Origin: Bdellovibrionota bacterium
GTDB taxonomy: Bacteria > Bdellovibrionota_C > UBA2361
Assembly: GCA_044352465.1 (NCBI GenBank)
Contig: JBILDU010000001.1
Coordinates: 1-64,000 of the forward strand
Direction of reading: 5' to 3'
Length of the DNA stretch: 64,000 nucleotides
Position numbers and translations under genes: made by a program. The notes under the pieces were generated by a model, which worked only from the letters and a program-made list of their open reading frames with translations, was not told the DNA's origin and searched no databases. Below, one piece after another: positions 51,235 through 61,181 of this stretch (position 1 is the stretch's first letter; each line of letters begins with the position of its first letter).

Positions 51235-51267
51235 ACGGGGCTCTACGGCTTAGATTAAAGGTGTTTT

Positions 51268-51387
51268 ATGGCTTCTCCAACCAAAGTGACCGAGACCCGT
51301 CGCGCTCATAAGCGCTCGAAATTGCTTAAGAAGCGCAACAAAGAAGCGCGCCTTCGTTTAGCCAAAGAAGGCAAGGCGAAGAAGTAG
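51268..51387 (+). CDS. Small highly basic protein (39 aa), below the ORF-track cutoff
   Basis: MASPTKVTETRRAHKRSKLLKKRNKEARLRLAKEGKAKK; RBS AAAGGTG, promoter and terminator present. Confidence 0.7.
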   Translation: MASPTKVTETRRAHKRSKLLKKRNKEARLRLAKEGKAKK

Positions 51388-51454
51388 TCTTGCACCCTAC
51401 AGGCGAACCGCAGAGCTGCCTTGAGTTGCTCTTCGGTCCGGCTGGGTGGCAGAT

Positions 51455-51484
51455 AATGGCTCCCTTAGCGGAGCCATTTTTTTT
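51455..51484 (+). terminator. Rho-independent terminator
   Basis: aatggctcc-cttagc-ggagccatt followed by a T run. Confidence 0.8.
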
Positions 51485-51525
51485 GCCCCCGCGGGCGCTG
51501 AGAGAGCCCTAGCAAGGAGTAGAGA

Positions 51526-52905
51526 ATGGCGGGCGGCCCATCGACTGACCAAAAAGTGGTTGGAGCCCAGGAAGGGCTCGTCGAGTCGGCCAGCCATGAG
51601 CGAGCCCCGAATGGGCGAGTAGAAGTGGTAACCCAGCGCGAGCTGTTTTGGGCGTGGCTTCCGCTCTGGGTAAGCTGGTTCGCGATGGCGCTTGAGGTGC
51701 CGGTCATTACGAGCGCCATTTCGCGCTTACCCGATCCCGCGGTGAACCTCGCCGCTTTGGGGGGAATTCTCATCCCGGTAAGCTTCATCATCGAGGCGCC
51801 GATCTTGATGCTTCTCTCCGCCGCCACCGCGCTCTGTAGAGACAGGTTGGCGTATCGGTTTCTCTTCCGCGTGATGATGGTGCTGGGGAGCGTGCTTTCC
51901 GTTGTGCATCTTCTTATCGCGCTGACCCCGCTCTATGACACGATAACTCGGGATATCCTTGGGTGTCCCGAGGAGGTACGCGAGGCGGCTCGAGTAGGAT
52001 TTCTCGTCATGACACCGTGGACGTGGTCGATCGCCTACCGACGATTTCTCCAAGGCGTCGTTATTCGACTCGGACGATCGCGAGTTGTCGGGTTCGGCAC
52101 CGTCGTTCGACTGGCTACCAATATCGTGACAGTACTGGTGTGTTTCTACGGGATTGAGGCGGGTGGGGCCCTGACCGGAGCAGCTGCGCTCACCGCGGGG
52201 GTAATGGCCGAAGCGTTATTTATCGGGGTTGCGGCGCGAGTGGTCGTTCGTGAGCGGTTACGCGAAGCCGACCCCGTGGTAGAGCCATTAACGCTTCCCC
52301 GGTTCTTCTATTTCTATGCGCCGCTTGCGCTAACGGCGCTACTTGATTTCTTGATCCAACCTCTCTCCAGTGGTGCGCTGAGCCGTATGCCTGAGCCGGT
52401 AACTGGCCTCGCGTTGTTACCAGTTGTGGGTGGCTTGATGTTCTTGCTGCGCGGTCCAGGGTTTGCGTTCAACGAGGTCGTCATATCGAAGCATGGCCGA
52501 GAGGGCGCGGCTCTGGAGCTTGCGCGATTTGCGAGACGTCTCACTCTGCTGAGTGGGGCGGTCGGACTTTTATTTATGGCAACCCCTCTTGGCGCCGTTT
52601 GGTTTAGCGGGATCGTGAAGCTGCCACCGGAGATGGTGGTGCTTGCTCGGCAAGCTCTTTGGCTTGCACTCCCCACACTCCTTGCCGCCACGGTAAAGAG
52701 TCTCTATGGGGGCACCCTCGTCTCTCTGCACCGCACTCGCGCGATATCAGAGGGGACGATTTTGTATGTTCTGACGTTCGGTTTCGTTGTGAGTGTCGGG
52801 ATAGTGGGACAGTCTTCCGCAGGGATCTTCGTCGTGATCGGAGCGATGTCGACTGCGGCGGTCGTTCAGGTGCTGTGGCTTCGGAAGCGGTCGCTCGAGA
52901 GGTAA
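51526..52905 (+). CDS. MATE/MOP-superfamily membrane transporter (ANKH-like)
   Basis: About 12 TMs in two homologous halves (LPL..SW...AISRLPDP / APLALTA...ALSRMPEP). Confidence 0.7.
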   Translation: MAGGPSTDQKVVGAQEGLVESASHERAPNGRVEVVTQRELFWAWLPLWVSWFAMALEVPVITSAISRLPDPAVNLAALGGILIPVSFIIEAPILMLLSAATALCRDRLAYRFLFRVMMVLGSVLSVVHLLIALTPLYDTITRDILGCPEEVREAARVGFLVMTPWTWSIAYRRFLQGVVIRLGRSRVVGFGTVVRLATNIVTVLVCFYGIEAGGALTGAAALTAGVMAEALFIGVAARVVVRERLREADPVVEPLTLPRFFYFYAPLALTALLDFLIQPLSSGALSRMPEPVTGLALLPVVGGLMFLLRGPGFAFNEVVISKHGREGAALELARFARRLTLLSGAVGLLFMATPLGAVWFSGIVKLPPEMVVLARQALWLALPTLLAATVKSLYGGTLVSLHRTRAISEGTILYVLTFGFVVSVGIVGQSSAGIFVVIGAMSTAAVVQVLWLRKRSLER

Positions 52906-52920
52906 GGGGAGGGGCTCCTT

Positions 52921-54447
52921 TTACCCCTTTTTAGCCGCGCCTTCTCGTTTTCGCTTCGACCACCCTGCTTTCGCAACTTGGGGCGCGCGGGTGACGGCAA
53001 GGCTGTCTCTTTCCACGCTTTTGGTGATGACGGAGCCCGCGCCGACGGTAGCGCCATCCTCAATCGTTACCGGTGCGACGAGCGCTGAGTTGCTGCCGAT
53101 GAAGACCCCCCGGCCAATCGTCGTCTGGAACTTCTCATAGCCGTCGTAGTTACAGGTGATGGTTCCCGCTCCGATATTGGTCTCCGCGCCGACGGTGCAA
53201 TCGCCCAGGTAGGAGAGGTGCGATGCCTTGGCCCCATCGGCAAGTACCGCTTTCTTCGTTTCGACGAAGTTCCCAATTTTGACGTGTTCCCCGAGGACGG
53301 TCCCGCCACGTAAGTGAGCGAAGGGGCCCACGGCGGCGTGTGAGCCGATAGCCGCGTCTTCCGCAACGACAGAAAACTTAATCGTCGCGCTTGCTCCGAT
53401 GGTGCAGTTGCGGAGCACGGCGCTTCCTTCCACCACGACATGAGCTCCGATCGCCGTAGTGCCCCGAAGCTGCACATTTGGGCCGATGCGAGCGCCGGCT
53501 GCTACCGTGACACCATCATCGACATAGACGGTCTTCGGATCCTCGATAATAACGCCGCTCTCGATGAGTGCAGCGATCTTTTGATTGTGAAGTTGGGCAT
53601 TGATCATGGCGAGCTCCGCTAAAGTATTTACCCCGAAGAGTTCAGTCGCGCTCGTAGCAAGGATCGCTTCGACCCGCTGACCTTCGGTGACCGCTCGTTC
53701 GACGATATCGGTCAGATAAAACTCTTTTTGCACGTTGTCGTTTTTCAGCTCCGCGACTGCGGGGGCGAGGAACGCTGAGTCAACCGCATATACCCCCGAA
53801 TTCATTTCGGTAATGCGGTGCTCTTCCGCAGAACAATCTTTCGCCTCACGGATTCCGCGAATTTGACCGCTCGTTTTGTCACGAAGAATTCGGCCATACG
53901 GGACGCTCGGCTCGACTTCGATTGAGATAAGCGCCAGAGTGGAATTCGTCTCGTGATGGGTGCGTAAGAGTTCCGTTATCGTTTTTGCCGAGACAAGGGG
54001 CGAGTCCCCGTAGAGGATTACCACCGTACCGACAAATCCATCGAGCGCCGGAAGGGCGCACCGGACCGCGTCGCCGGTGCCTCGTTGCTCCGGTTGATGG
54101 GCGAAGGTTATCCCCGAATCCACCCCGAAATCCTTTTCGACGCTCGCATGGACGAGCTCCCGTTTATGGCCCGTGACGACGACGATACGTTGGGGATTGA
54201 GGCTCTTAACCGTGTGGAGCACGTGGTGCAGGAGCGGCATTCGACGGGTTGAAACAAGTACTTTCGGGGTGTCGAGCCCCATCCGTTTCCCAAGCCCCGC
54301 GGCGAGAACGACGACGGCAACAGGCTCGGAGTGCGGGGGCGTAGCAGGGGTGAGGGCGGAAGTCATCGGCATCAAATACTCGGTATTTTTTGGGTCAGCC
54401 ACCATATGTAAGGCTTCGCGAATATACTTTAAAAAGCGCATCGTCAC
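52921..54447 (-). CDS. glmU: Bifunctional UDP-GlcNAc pyrophosphorylase / glucosamine-1-phosphate acetyltransferase
   Basis: LAAGLGKRM, GTGDAV, EFYLTD and GAGTITCNYDG, hexapeptide repeats; true start probably downstream of 54447. Confidence 0.96.
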   Translation of the reverse strand: MTMRFLKYIREALHMVADPKNTEYLMPMTSALTPATPPHSEPVAVVVLAAGLGKRMGLDTPKVLVSTRRMPLLHHVLHTVKSLNPQRIVVVTGHKRELVHASVEKDFGVDSGITFAHQPEQRGTGDAVRCALPALDGFVGTVVILYGDSPLVSAKTITELLRTHHETNSTLALISIEVEPSVPYGRILRDKTSGQIRGIREAKDCSAEEHRITEMNSGVYAVDSAFLAPAVAELKNDNVQKEFYLTDIVERAVTEGQRVEAILATSATELFGVNTLAELAMINAQLHNQKIAALIESGVIIEDPKTVYVDDGVTVAAGARIGPNVQLRGTTAIGAHVVVEGSAVLRNCTIGASATIKFSVVAEDAAIGSHAAVGPFAHLRGGTVLGEHVKIGNFVETKKAVLADGAKASHLSYLGDCTVGAETNIGAGTITCNYDGYEKFQTTIGRGVFIGSNSALVAPVTIEDGATVGAGSVITKSVERDSLAVTRAPQVAKAGWSKRKREGAAKKG

Positions 54448-54638
54448 CAGGCTTCAGGGACGTACTCGCCTCCCGGTGAAAGGGTGACCGAAGCTACGCC
54501 GAGTCTCGGGGGAGGAAATATGATCGATATCGAGGGACTGGGGGTCAGCCACTGAGTTCTCTTGAAAAAAGTGGGTAATCTTGGGAGATTATAGCAGGTC
54601 TGCGCCCCCTGTCGGGGGCCTTTTGGCGCGAGGTTTCT

Positions 54639-55865
54639 ATGCAAAAGATTAAGGTCAAGAATCCGGTTGTTGAGCTTGATGGTGATGAGATGACGCGGAT
54701 CATCTGGCGAATGATTCGTGAGGATCTGATCTTACCGTTTCTCGACATCGACCTTAAATATTTCGATCTCTCGATTGAGCATCGCGACGCGACCGAGGAT
54801 CGCGTTACCGTTGAGGCGGCCCACGCTATCAAGACTTTCGGGGTCGGAGTTAAATGCGCGACGATCACCCCGGACGAGGACCGGGTCAAAGAGTTCAAAC
54901 TGAAGAAGATGTGGAAGTCTCCGAACGGCACGATTCGGAACATCCTCGACGGAACGGTCTTCCGTGAGGCGATCTTATGTAACAACATCCCTCGTTTAGT
55001 GCCGGGTTGGACGAAGCCGATCATTATCGGTCGACACGGTTTCGGCGATCAGTATCGCGCTACCGATTTCGTCGTTCCTGGAAAGGGAACCCTCACGATG
55101 CGCTTTACCCCCGAAGGCGGCGGAGCACCGTTGGAGTACGAGATCTTTAAATTTCCGGGTAGCGGCATTGCAATGGGGATGTACAACGTCGATGCCTCGA
55201 TTAAGAGCTTTGCCCGAAGCTGCATGAACTACGCGCTAACCAAGAAGATGGCGCTTTATCTGTCGACGAAGAACACGATTTTGAAAGCCTACGATGGGCG
55301 GTTCCGCGACATATTCCGGGATGTCTATGAGTCTGAATTCAAGGAGCGGTACGCTGCGGCTGGGATCTCGTACGAACACCGGCTGATCGACGATATGGTC
55401 GCTTTTTCGATGAAGTCGAGCGGTGGTTTCGTCTGGGCGTGTAAAAACTACGACGGCGATGTTCAGTCCGACTCTATCGCTCAGGGATACGGCTCGCTCG
55501 GTCTGATGACTTCGGTTCTCCTTACTGAGGATGGGAAGACGGTGGAGGCGGAGGCGGCTCACGGAACGGTGACCCGCCACTATCGTCAACACCAGCAAGG
55601 TAAGGAGACCTCGACGAATCCGGTGGCCTCGATATTCGCGTGGACTCGCGGGTTGTTTTATCGCGGGACGTTCGATGGTCAGCCGGAGGTGGTAAAGTTC
55701 GCGGAGACTCTTGAGAAGGTCTGCACCGATGTGATCGAGGCAGGCAAGATGACGAAAGATCTAGCTGTCTGTATTCACGGGTCGAATGTCCCGAGCGGCT
55801 CGTACCTCTCAACGGAGAAATTCATGGGTGAGATAGCCGCAGAGCTTCGCCGAAGAGTAGGCTAG
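54639..55865 (+). CDS. icd: NADP-dependent isocitrate dehydrogenase (homodimeric, eukaryote-like type)
   Basis: [38 protein letters not shown] and [10 protein letters not shown]. Confidence 0.97.
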   Translation: MQKIKVKNPVVELDGDEMTRIIWRMIREDLILPFLDIDLKYFDLSIEHRDATEDRVTVEAAHAIKTFGVGVKCATITPDEDRVKEFKLKKMWKSPNGTIRNILDGTVFREAILCNNIPRLVPGWTKPIIIGRHGFGDQYRATDFVVPGKGTLTMRFTPEGGGAPLEYEIFKFPGSGIAMGMYNVDASIKSFARSCMNYALTKKMALYLSTKNTILKAYDGRFRDIFRDVYESEFKERYAAAGISYEHRLIDDMVAFSMKSSGGFVWACKNYDGDVQSDSIAQGYGSLGLMTSVLLTEDGKTVEAEAAHGTVTRHYRQHQQGKETSTNPVASIFAWTRGLFYRGTFDGQPEVVKFAETLEKVCTDVIEAGKMTKDLAVCIHGSNVPSGSYLSTEKFMGEIAAELRRRVG

Positions 55866-56134
55866 TACTTCGTCTTAAGGGTTTTTTCACCAGAGAGCAT
55901 CTCCGGGGGGCGGACTATCCGGCTTTTTGTCTCGTTCGCCCTCGGACTCGTCCTCCTCTGGGGGGCCTCAGGACTCGATGTGTGGCGCCGAACGATACGA
56001 ATAAATCGTAGAACTTGTTGGAGATTTCACCATTTTGGGGGAGTCCCCCCTCAAGTTCGGGAAAAGACTCTCATTCCTTACCAAATCGACCGATATACCT
56101 CGAAGCCTACGCAAAGTTGGTGAAGGGTTTCGGG

Positions 56135-57616
56135 ATGGTGTCAAACGCAGAACGTACTCAACGGCGAGATCTGTCCGAGCGTCGTTTAGGAGAGGCGTTT
56201 AAATACGTCGCCCGTGGGTGGATGCCGGTGCAAGCGCCGGTGCTCAAAGATGTCCAACGTAAGCTGGCCGGAAAGCTCTACGAGGGCCGACCGAACGATC
56301 TGATCGCGGACCTGCGAAACGACTTTTCACTCTTCACCTACTGTTTTCGTCAGCTCGGCCAAAAAGTCGCTGGCGAAGACCGCCTGAGAAGCCCGCTCGA
56401 TCTCCTGCGCTCACGTTCACATCGGGAGCTCACCGAAATATTCGGTGTCGGCGGTAATGAGGTTAGCAGTCACGACTTCATCGGGATGAAAGAAGTCCAG
56501 CTCCTTCGGCTCAAACACCAACTGGTGAGTTGCGCAACCGTTGAGTTAATCGCGGAGAAGCAAGGTATCGACGTTGATATCGCCGTGATGGCCGCACTTT
56601 TTCGTCAGCTCGGAGTGGCGCTTGTTGCCTGGAATTATCCGAGTACGTGCGCGAAAGCGCTCAGTACTTACGGAGGAGGGCCCGCCGATGCTCCGCTTCA
56701 CTTCGACGATGAAATCTCAACTATCGTTGGCTTCGATCCGCACCGGTTAGGGAAGGAGTTTCTCCTTAGTTGGAACGCCGACCCCGTTATGCGTCTTGCT
56801 TTAGCGAGAGGCGATGCGGGAGAAGAAGACGAGGAGATCGACGATTCAACCCGTGAGCTTGGCGATGGTGTGCGGCGAATGTGTCAGGTGGGTGAGGCCC
56901 TCGCCCGCACGAACGACCCCAACTTCTATCCCCGGGCGGTGCAGCGGTGGCGTGAAGTTGAGGGCGAGGTTATCTATTTTCTCGGTCAAGATGGCCTGGA
57001 ACGGATTCGTGAGCACTTAGTGGAGCGGTACGCTCACTATGTTGGCTTCGCCCCCAAGCTTTTGGGGGCAGCGCTGTCTCCGCAGCGTCAGGTGGATGTT
57101 GTCAATAAACACTACGCGGAGAAGCGCTACGCCGCGAACGAGCACGCGCAGCGTTGTCCTGAGCCGGTGAAAGTCGCCTTTAAAGGGGTTTACGACTCGA
57201 TCACACAGAACCGGATCTCCACCGTGGCATTGAACGGTCTCGTCGGCGAGGTGGTACCGAAGACGGGCTTTCTGCGTGGGTGTGTCTATATTCTCGATCC
57301 GAAGCGGATGGTTTTGGTTCCGCGGTTGCGGCTCGGCGAGACGCGCGAATATCGCCCGGTGAGTTGTGCGTGTGGCGGTGAACGGTCACATCCCGTCTCG
57401 GAGGCGTTTCACTGTTCGATGCCGATAGTCGAAGAGAACGTTTTTCTGAACGGAGACTTTGTCTCTCACGTTACCGGGAAGTTCGGTAACATCGATAAGG
57501 TGGGGATACTCTACCTGGAGATGACCGAAGCGCTCCGCGAGGTTGATCGGGAAAATCGTCTGCTCTACTTTAAAGCGATTCGACAGTGCCTGAACGACTG
57601 TCTTAATCTCCACTAG
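56135..57616 (+). CDS. Degenerate HDOD-like signalling protein with a C-terminal GAF-like region
   Basis: WMPVQAPVL...LRNDFSLFTYC and AALFRQLG in place of AGLLHDIG. Confidence 0.5.
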   Translation: MVSNAERTQRRDLSERRLGEAFKYVARGWMPVQAPVLKDVQRKLAGKLYEGRPNDLIADLRNDFSLFTYCFRQLGQKVAGEDRLRSPLDLLRSRSHRELTEIFGVGGNEVSSHDFIGMKEVQLLRLKHQLVSCATVELIAEKQGIDVDIAVMAALFRQLGVALVAWNYPSTCAKALSTYGGGPADAPLHFDDEISTIVGFDPHRLGKEFLLSWNADPVMRLALARGDAGEEDEEIDDSTRELGDGVRRMCQVGEALARTNDPNFYPRAVQRWREVEGEVIYFLGQDGLERIREHLVERYAHYVGFAPKLLGAALSPQRQVDVVNKHYAEKRYAANEHAQRCPEPVKVAFKGVYDSITQNRISTVALNGLVGEVVPKTGFLRGCVYILDPKRMVLVPRLRLGETREYRPVSCACGGERSHPVSEAFHCSMPIVEENVFLNGDFVSHVTGKFGNIDKVGILYLEMTEALREVDRENRLLYFKAIRQCLNDCLNLH

Positions 57617-57690
57617 TACTCCGACAGCAAAGTTCACTCGAAAGTAGGTCCGCGTGGCGGAATCGTTGCTGGTGCGTCTTGTTAGCGTTT

Positions 57691-57819
57691 GGGCTCGGGC
57701 GACTGAGCTTGCCGTAGATACGCCCGAAGCCAGATACCAGCGCATTGTTCTGGTATCTGCGCGGCCGTGCTGGTCGCGCTCGTATATCGCCTCGGGAGAC
57801 CTCTCGGCAGGTGAAAAAG
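57691..57819. repeat. Dispersed structured intergenic repeat, copy 2
   Basis: Homologous to 7111-7238; contains the 9-bp stem AGATACCAG...CTGGTATCT. Confidence 0.75.
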
Positions 57820-57853
57820 CTATCGAGAGGCGCGAGGAGAAAGTCCCTTTCGA

Positions 57854-58378
57854 TTAACGAATGCTCTGGCGCAATCGCTCGATCGCCGTGGTGCTTCCCC
57901 AGTAGCGGGGACTTGTTACTGCTGCGACCTTTTCGCCGGACTCCGGATCCAAGAGGGTCATCCGAGCGCCGGATTGATCGAGGAGGACCGTGTGAGGAAG
58001 GCTCCGAATGTCGAAGCGGGCGCGTGCAGTGCCCCCGTCAAGCACGACCGTATAGGGTAGTTCTGCGGCCTCGATGAATTCCGCCACAGCGACAGGGTCG
58101 TCTTCGACTGCAATGGCTATCACCCGAAGGTCAGGTAAGTCTCGAGCTACCCGCCCGAGCGATGACATCTCTTCGCGGCACGTCACACACCAGGTGGCCC
58201 AAAAGTGGAGGAGTGTCACTTCTCCGAGGTAATCGCCAAGACGCCGAGTCTCTCCGTTTGTGGTGAGAACCGGAATATTATGGCAGGCAGCTCCTGGTGA
58301 GCCACTGCCTGCACGGGGCGGGAGCACTTTGGTGCACGCGATCAGATTGACGAAGAGAAGGATGACGATAAAACGCAT
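57854..58378 (-). CDS. TlpA-family thiol-disulfide oxidoreductase (lipoprotein)
   Basis: LIAC lipobox, FWATWCVTCREEM and SLPHT. Confidence 0.9.
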   Translation of the reverse strand: MRFIVILLFVNLIACTKVLPPRAGSGSPGAACHNIPVLTTNGETRRLGDYLGEVTLLHFWATWCVTCREEMSSLGRVARDLPDLRVIAIAVEDDPVAVAEFIEAAELPYTVVLDGGTARARFDIRSLPHTVLLDQSGARMTLLDPESGEKVAAVTSPRYWGSTTAIERLRQSIR

Positions 58379-58396
58379 GCGTCTATCTCCGCATGT

Positions 58397-59446
58397 TCAT
58401 CGGACGAGTGTCAACGGAGCTCCACCGATACGTTGCCGTGTGATTCGGCCGTGGACATCGGCTAGTTCAACAACGATGGGTGCCTCGGAAAATGAGTCGC
58501 TCGGAAGGGGATGGTACTCGCCGATATACCCACCGGGGGTCCGCTCAATCATTGGGATCGAGCGTACGAGCGTTCCAACCGAAAACGTTGCGGTGAGCTT
58601 CTCGGTCCCAGCCATCACCACCGTCAGATATCCCCGCTCAGAGAGCGTTCCACCGATACCGTCGTGCGCCGAGCTAAAGATCGCGGGAGGGGGGGATTCA
58701 AGAAATTCGGGGCGTCGGTCGACCCGAAGCGGTTCGACTGCTTCTGCTACCACACGGCGGGCGAGGTCGGTGACAAGTTTGTTGTCGAGTCCCTTGAGCG
58801 GCTCAATCAGGAGATCGGAGAAGCCGGTCGGGCCTTTGGTGAGCCCGCGACTATCCGAATCGACGCTCGTGGACCGAAAAAGTACCGCGCCATCGGTAGC
58901 GGAGATAAGCTCTAGATCCACCCCAACCGTCGTCACCGATTCGATGCCGTAATAACGACGATCCCAGCGGGTTATGCGGCCGTAGAGGATAGCATCGCAG
59001 CTCAGATGATGAATACAGATCTCCTTTGTCGGAGTGGCGAACAGCTTTCTTCGGTCAAGGGAGAGATCGGGGGTAGCGAAGCCGTGATGCAGAAGCTCAC
59101 CTTGGACTACCGCCGGTGAGATGAGGTCGAGGGCGGAGCTCTCTTTCAGCGAACTTCGTACCACCCGCTGGACGAACTGTGTCGGCATTAGCGGGGAGCG
59201 CGAGGAGATGAGAGCAACATCGTCGATGAGGAGGTCGGGATTCTCCTCGATGATCTCGCGCGCAGCATTGACTTGAACAAACGGTAGGATGGCCACCCGG
59301 ATGGGCGCCGCAGGGTTGAAATTGAGCTCGTGTTTGAGGCTCGTGGTACAACCGCTCAAAAGGAGAGCAAGTAAAAAGACCATTACGCCACGGTAACGTT
59401 CGACGGCGTGAGAACGTGACTGAGCCCGGAGAACCTTGGTGCTCAT
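58397..59446 (-). CDS. Lipoprotein, DUF799/CsgG-LpoB-like fold
   Basis: LSGC lipobox, RVAILPF and CDAILYGRITRW. Confidence 0.6.
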   Translation of the reverse strand: MSTKVLRAQSRSHAVERYRGVMVFLLALLLSGCTTSLKHELNFNPAAPIRVAILPFVQVNAAREIIEENPDLLIDDVALISSRSPLMPTQFVQRVVRSSLKESSALDLISPAVVQGELLHHGFATPDLSLDRRKLFATPTKEICIHHLSCDAILYGRITRWDRRYYGIESVTTVGVDLELISATDGAVLFRSTSVDSDSRGLTKGPTGFSDLLIEPLKGLDNKLVTDLARRVVAEAVEPLRVDRRPEFLESPPPAIFSSAHDGIGGTLSERGYLTVVMAGTEKLTATFSVGTLVRSIPMIERTPGGYIGEYHPLPSDSFSEAPIVVELADVHGRITRQRIGGAPLTLVR

Positions 59447-60588
59447 GCTCCCCCTTTCGACTCGATAGTATAAAGGCGGGGCTCAGAGAGGAGCCCGTTT
59501 CGGTCGACGGCGATAAGCGCAAGGGTGGGGTATCCGCGGAACTTGGCGGTCGGTCCTCGCCACGACGGCCCTCTGCGTTCAGCGATCTTCTCGAAAGGCC
59601 CAGCAGGAGTAGGGGCGCGGTATATAAGAACCTTGACGGTGGCGCTTGGACACGGGGAGGTGAGTGTTACCGCACCGGGAGCAGCAGTGGCAACGAGCTC
59701 TCCCCGGCAACTGTCGCTCGACTGAGGAGGAAGAGCTCCGAGGGCAAACCGGGTGGCGGTGCCGAAGACGTCCCGAAGTTCGGCTTCCGCGCCGACAAAT
59801 TGCTCCGGATCGACGACAAGATAGTTACTGCAATAGCGGCCCGGGGAGACCTCGCGCAGGTTAGTTTTAGTTTTATTCCTTAGTACCACGACTCCCTGTG
59901 CGTTGGGCGAACCGAAGAGGCATACCTCATAAACCGCCGCTCTTTTGGGGACGATCGAGGCACGCTCAATATTCGGTGGGGTCACCGCACCAGGGGCGTC
60001 ACTCTCGGGGGGGCGAGGGATACTCGTCACCACGGTTTGGGCATACTTCGCTGCAAGCGTTGCGAACGCGGCGTCGTCGCTATTTCGGATCTGCGAGATG
60101 AGCCCCTGAAATATCTGGCCGGAGTTAAAGAGGAGGCCACCCCGCTCGCTCTCGGTGTGCTTGATAGCGAGAAGCTCGTTTCCCTCGACGTCGGTGAGGG
60201 TGAGTCGCCCGGAGATAGAGTTGTAATAGCCAGCAAGAAAATTATTCCGTGAGGCTTTATCGATGGTAAGGGTTGCAAAGGCGTCGATAGGATACCTGGC
60301 GATGAGCTTGTCCCGCTCTCGGCAGGTTGAATCGGTGCAGATACTATCGATAATCGCCCGGTCAATCGTGCTCAAACCGTGATTGGTGACCTCGTTCTCG
60401 AGCGCGGTGCGCAACGTCGCGACCCGCTCACGCGGGATCGTGGCGGTTGAGCTCGGCGGTAGTATCGCTACGGTGTGAAGTCTCTGATTTAAGAAAAGGG
60501 GAGACTGGTTGACTTTGGGCATCCCGCAACCGCTGCAGGTGGCCACGATAAAGAGAGAGAGGAGGAGGAGCCGTCTTACCGAGTGCAT
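59443..60588 (-). CDS. Lipoprotein, paralogous to the downstream gene, Cys-rich
   Basis: CSGC lipobox, TVAILPP; stop overlaps the start of the next gene. Confidence 0.6.
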   Translation of the reverse strand: MHSVRRLLLLSLFIVATCSGCGMPKVNQSPLFLNQRLHTVAILPPSSTATIPRERVATLRTALENEVTNHGLSTIDRAIIDSICTDSTCRERDKLIARYPIDAFATLTIDKASRNNFLAGYYNSISGRLTLTDVEGNELLAIKHTESERGGLLFNSGQIFQGLISQIRNSDDAAFATLAAKYAQTVVTSIPRPPESDAPGAVTPPNIERASIVPKRAAVYEVCLFGSPNAQGVVVLRNKTKTNLREVSPGRYCSNYLVVDPEQFVGAEAELRDVFGTATRFALGALPPQSSDSCRGELVATAAPGAVTLTSPCPSATVKVLIYRAPTPAGPFEKIAERRGPSWRGPTAKFRGYPTLALIAVDRNGLLSEPRLYTIESKGGA

Positions 60589-60605
60589 CGCTTAGCCTGT
60601 AACTC

Positions 60606-61067
60606 CTATTCCACAATAATGGTGCCGGAAGCTGCGGTACGAGGGGCTGGAAGACCGTGAACGGTGACGGTGTACGTTCCGCGATCGGGAAAGCACGCCG
60701 AGGTAAAAGTGCGCGGACCGAAAGGTCGAGTCGAGCGGATCTTCCCATCGTTATCGAGCTTCAGCGAGCCGCTCGCGCAATGCATTCGCTTCTCCCCGTA
60801 GTCTATCTCTATGGTGGTAAGTGAGTCGGTGGTTGAGTTTAGGAAAAATACGATCGAATCGCTTTTTTTTGTTCGAAGGGTCAGCGGATCAAGCCCCCGA
60901 TCGGTGAGGGTAACGATCTGGTTGCGCGAATCCGGTGCAATGCTGACGTTCTTTTCAGTTGGGGGCGGCTCCGCACTACGGAGAGGGGGCGGATAGGCTA
61001 GTACCCCTGCGCAGACTCCCCAAACGAGACATCTGATGAACCGAGTGAACATCTGGGTGGTCTCCAC
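60606..61067 (-). CDS. Exported cupredoxin-fold-like protein
   Basis: Signal peptide; LTDRGLDPLTL...VFFLN...FPDRGTYTV...GTIIVE pattern. Confidence 0.5.
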   Translation of the reverse strand: METTQMFTRFIRCLVWGVCAGVLAYPPPLRSAEPPPTEKNVSIAPDSRNQIVTLTDRGLDPLTLRTKKSDSIVFFLNSTTDSLTTIEIDYGEKRMHCASGSLKLDNDGKIRSTRPFGPRTFTSACFPDRGTYTVTVHGLPAPRTAASGTIIVE

Positions 61068-61181
61068 CTGTTTCCCGTAAGGAGAGTAGCAGGGGCGCGA
61101 TAACGACTCAATGATGTTCTCCGGTCGCTCGTATCCAAGGACGTAAGTTTTTTACCTGCCGGAGCTTTGTTGGGCTAACCA

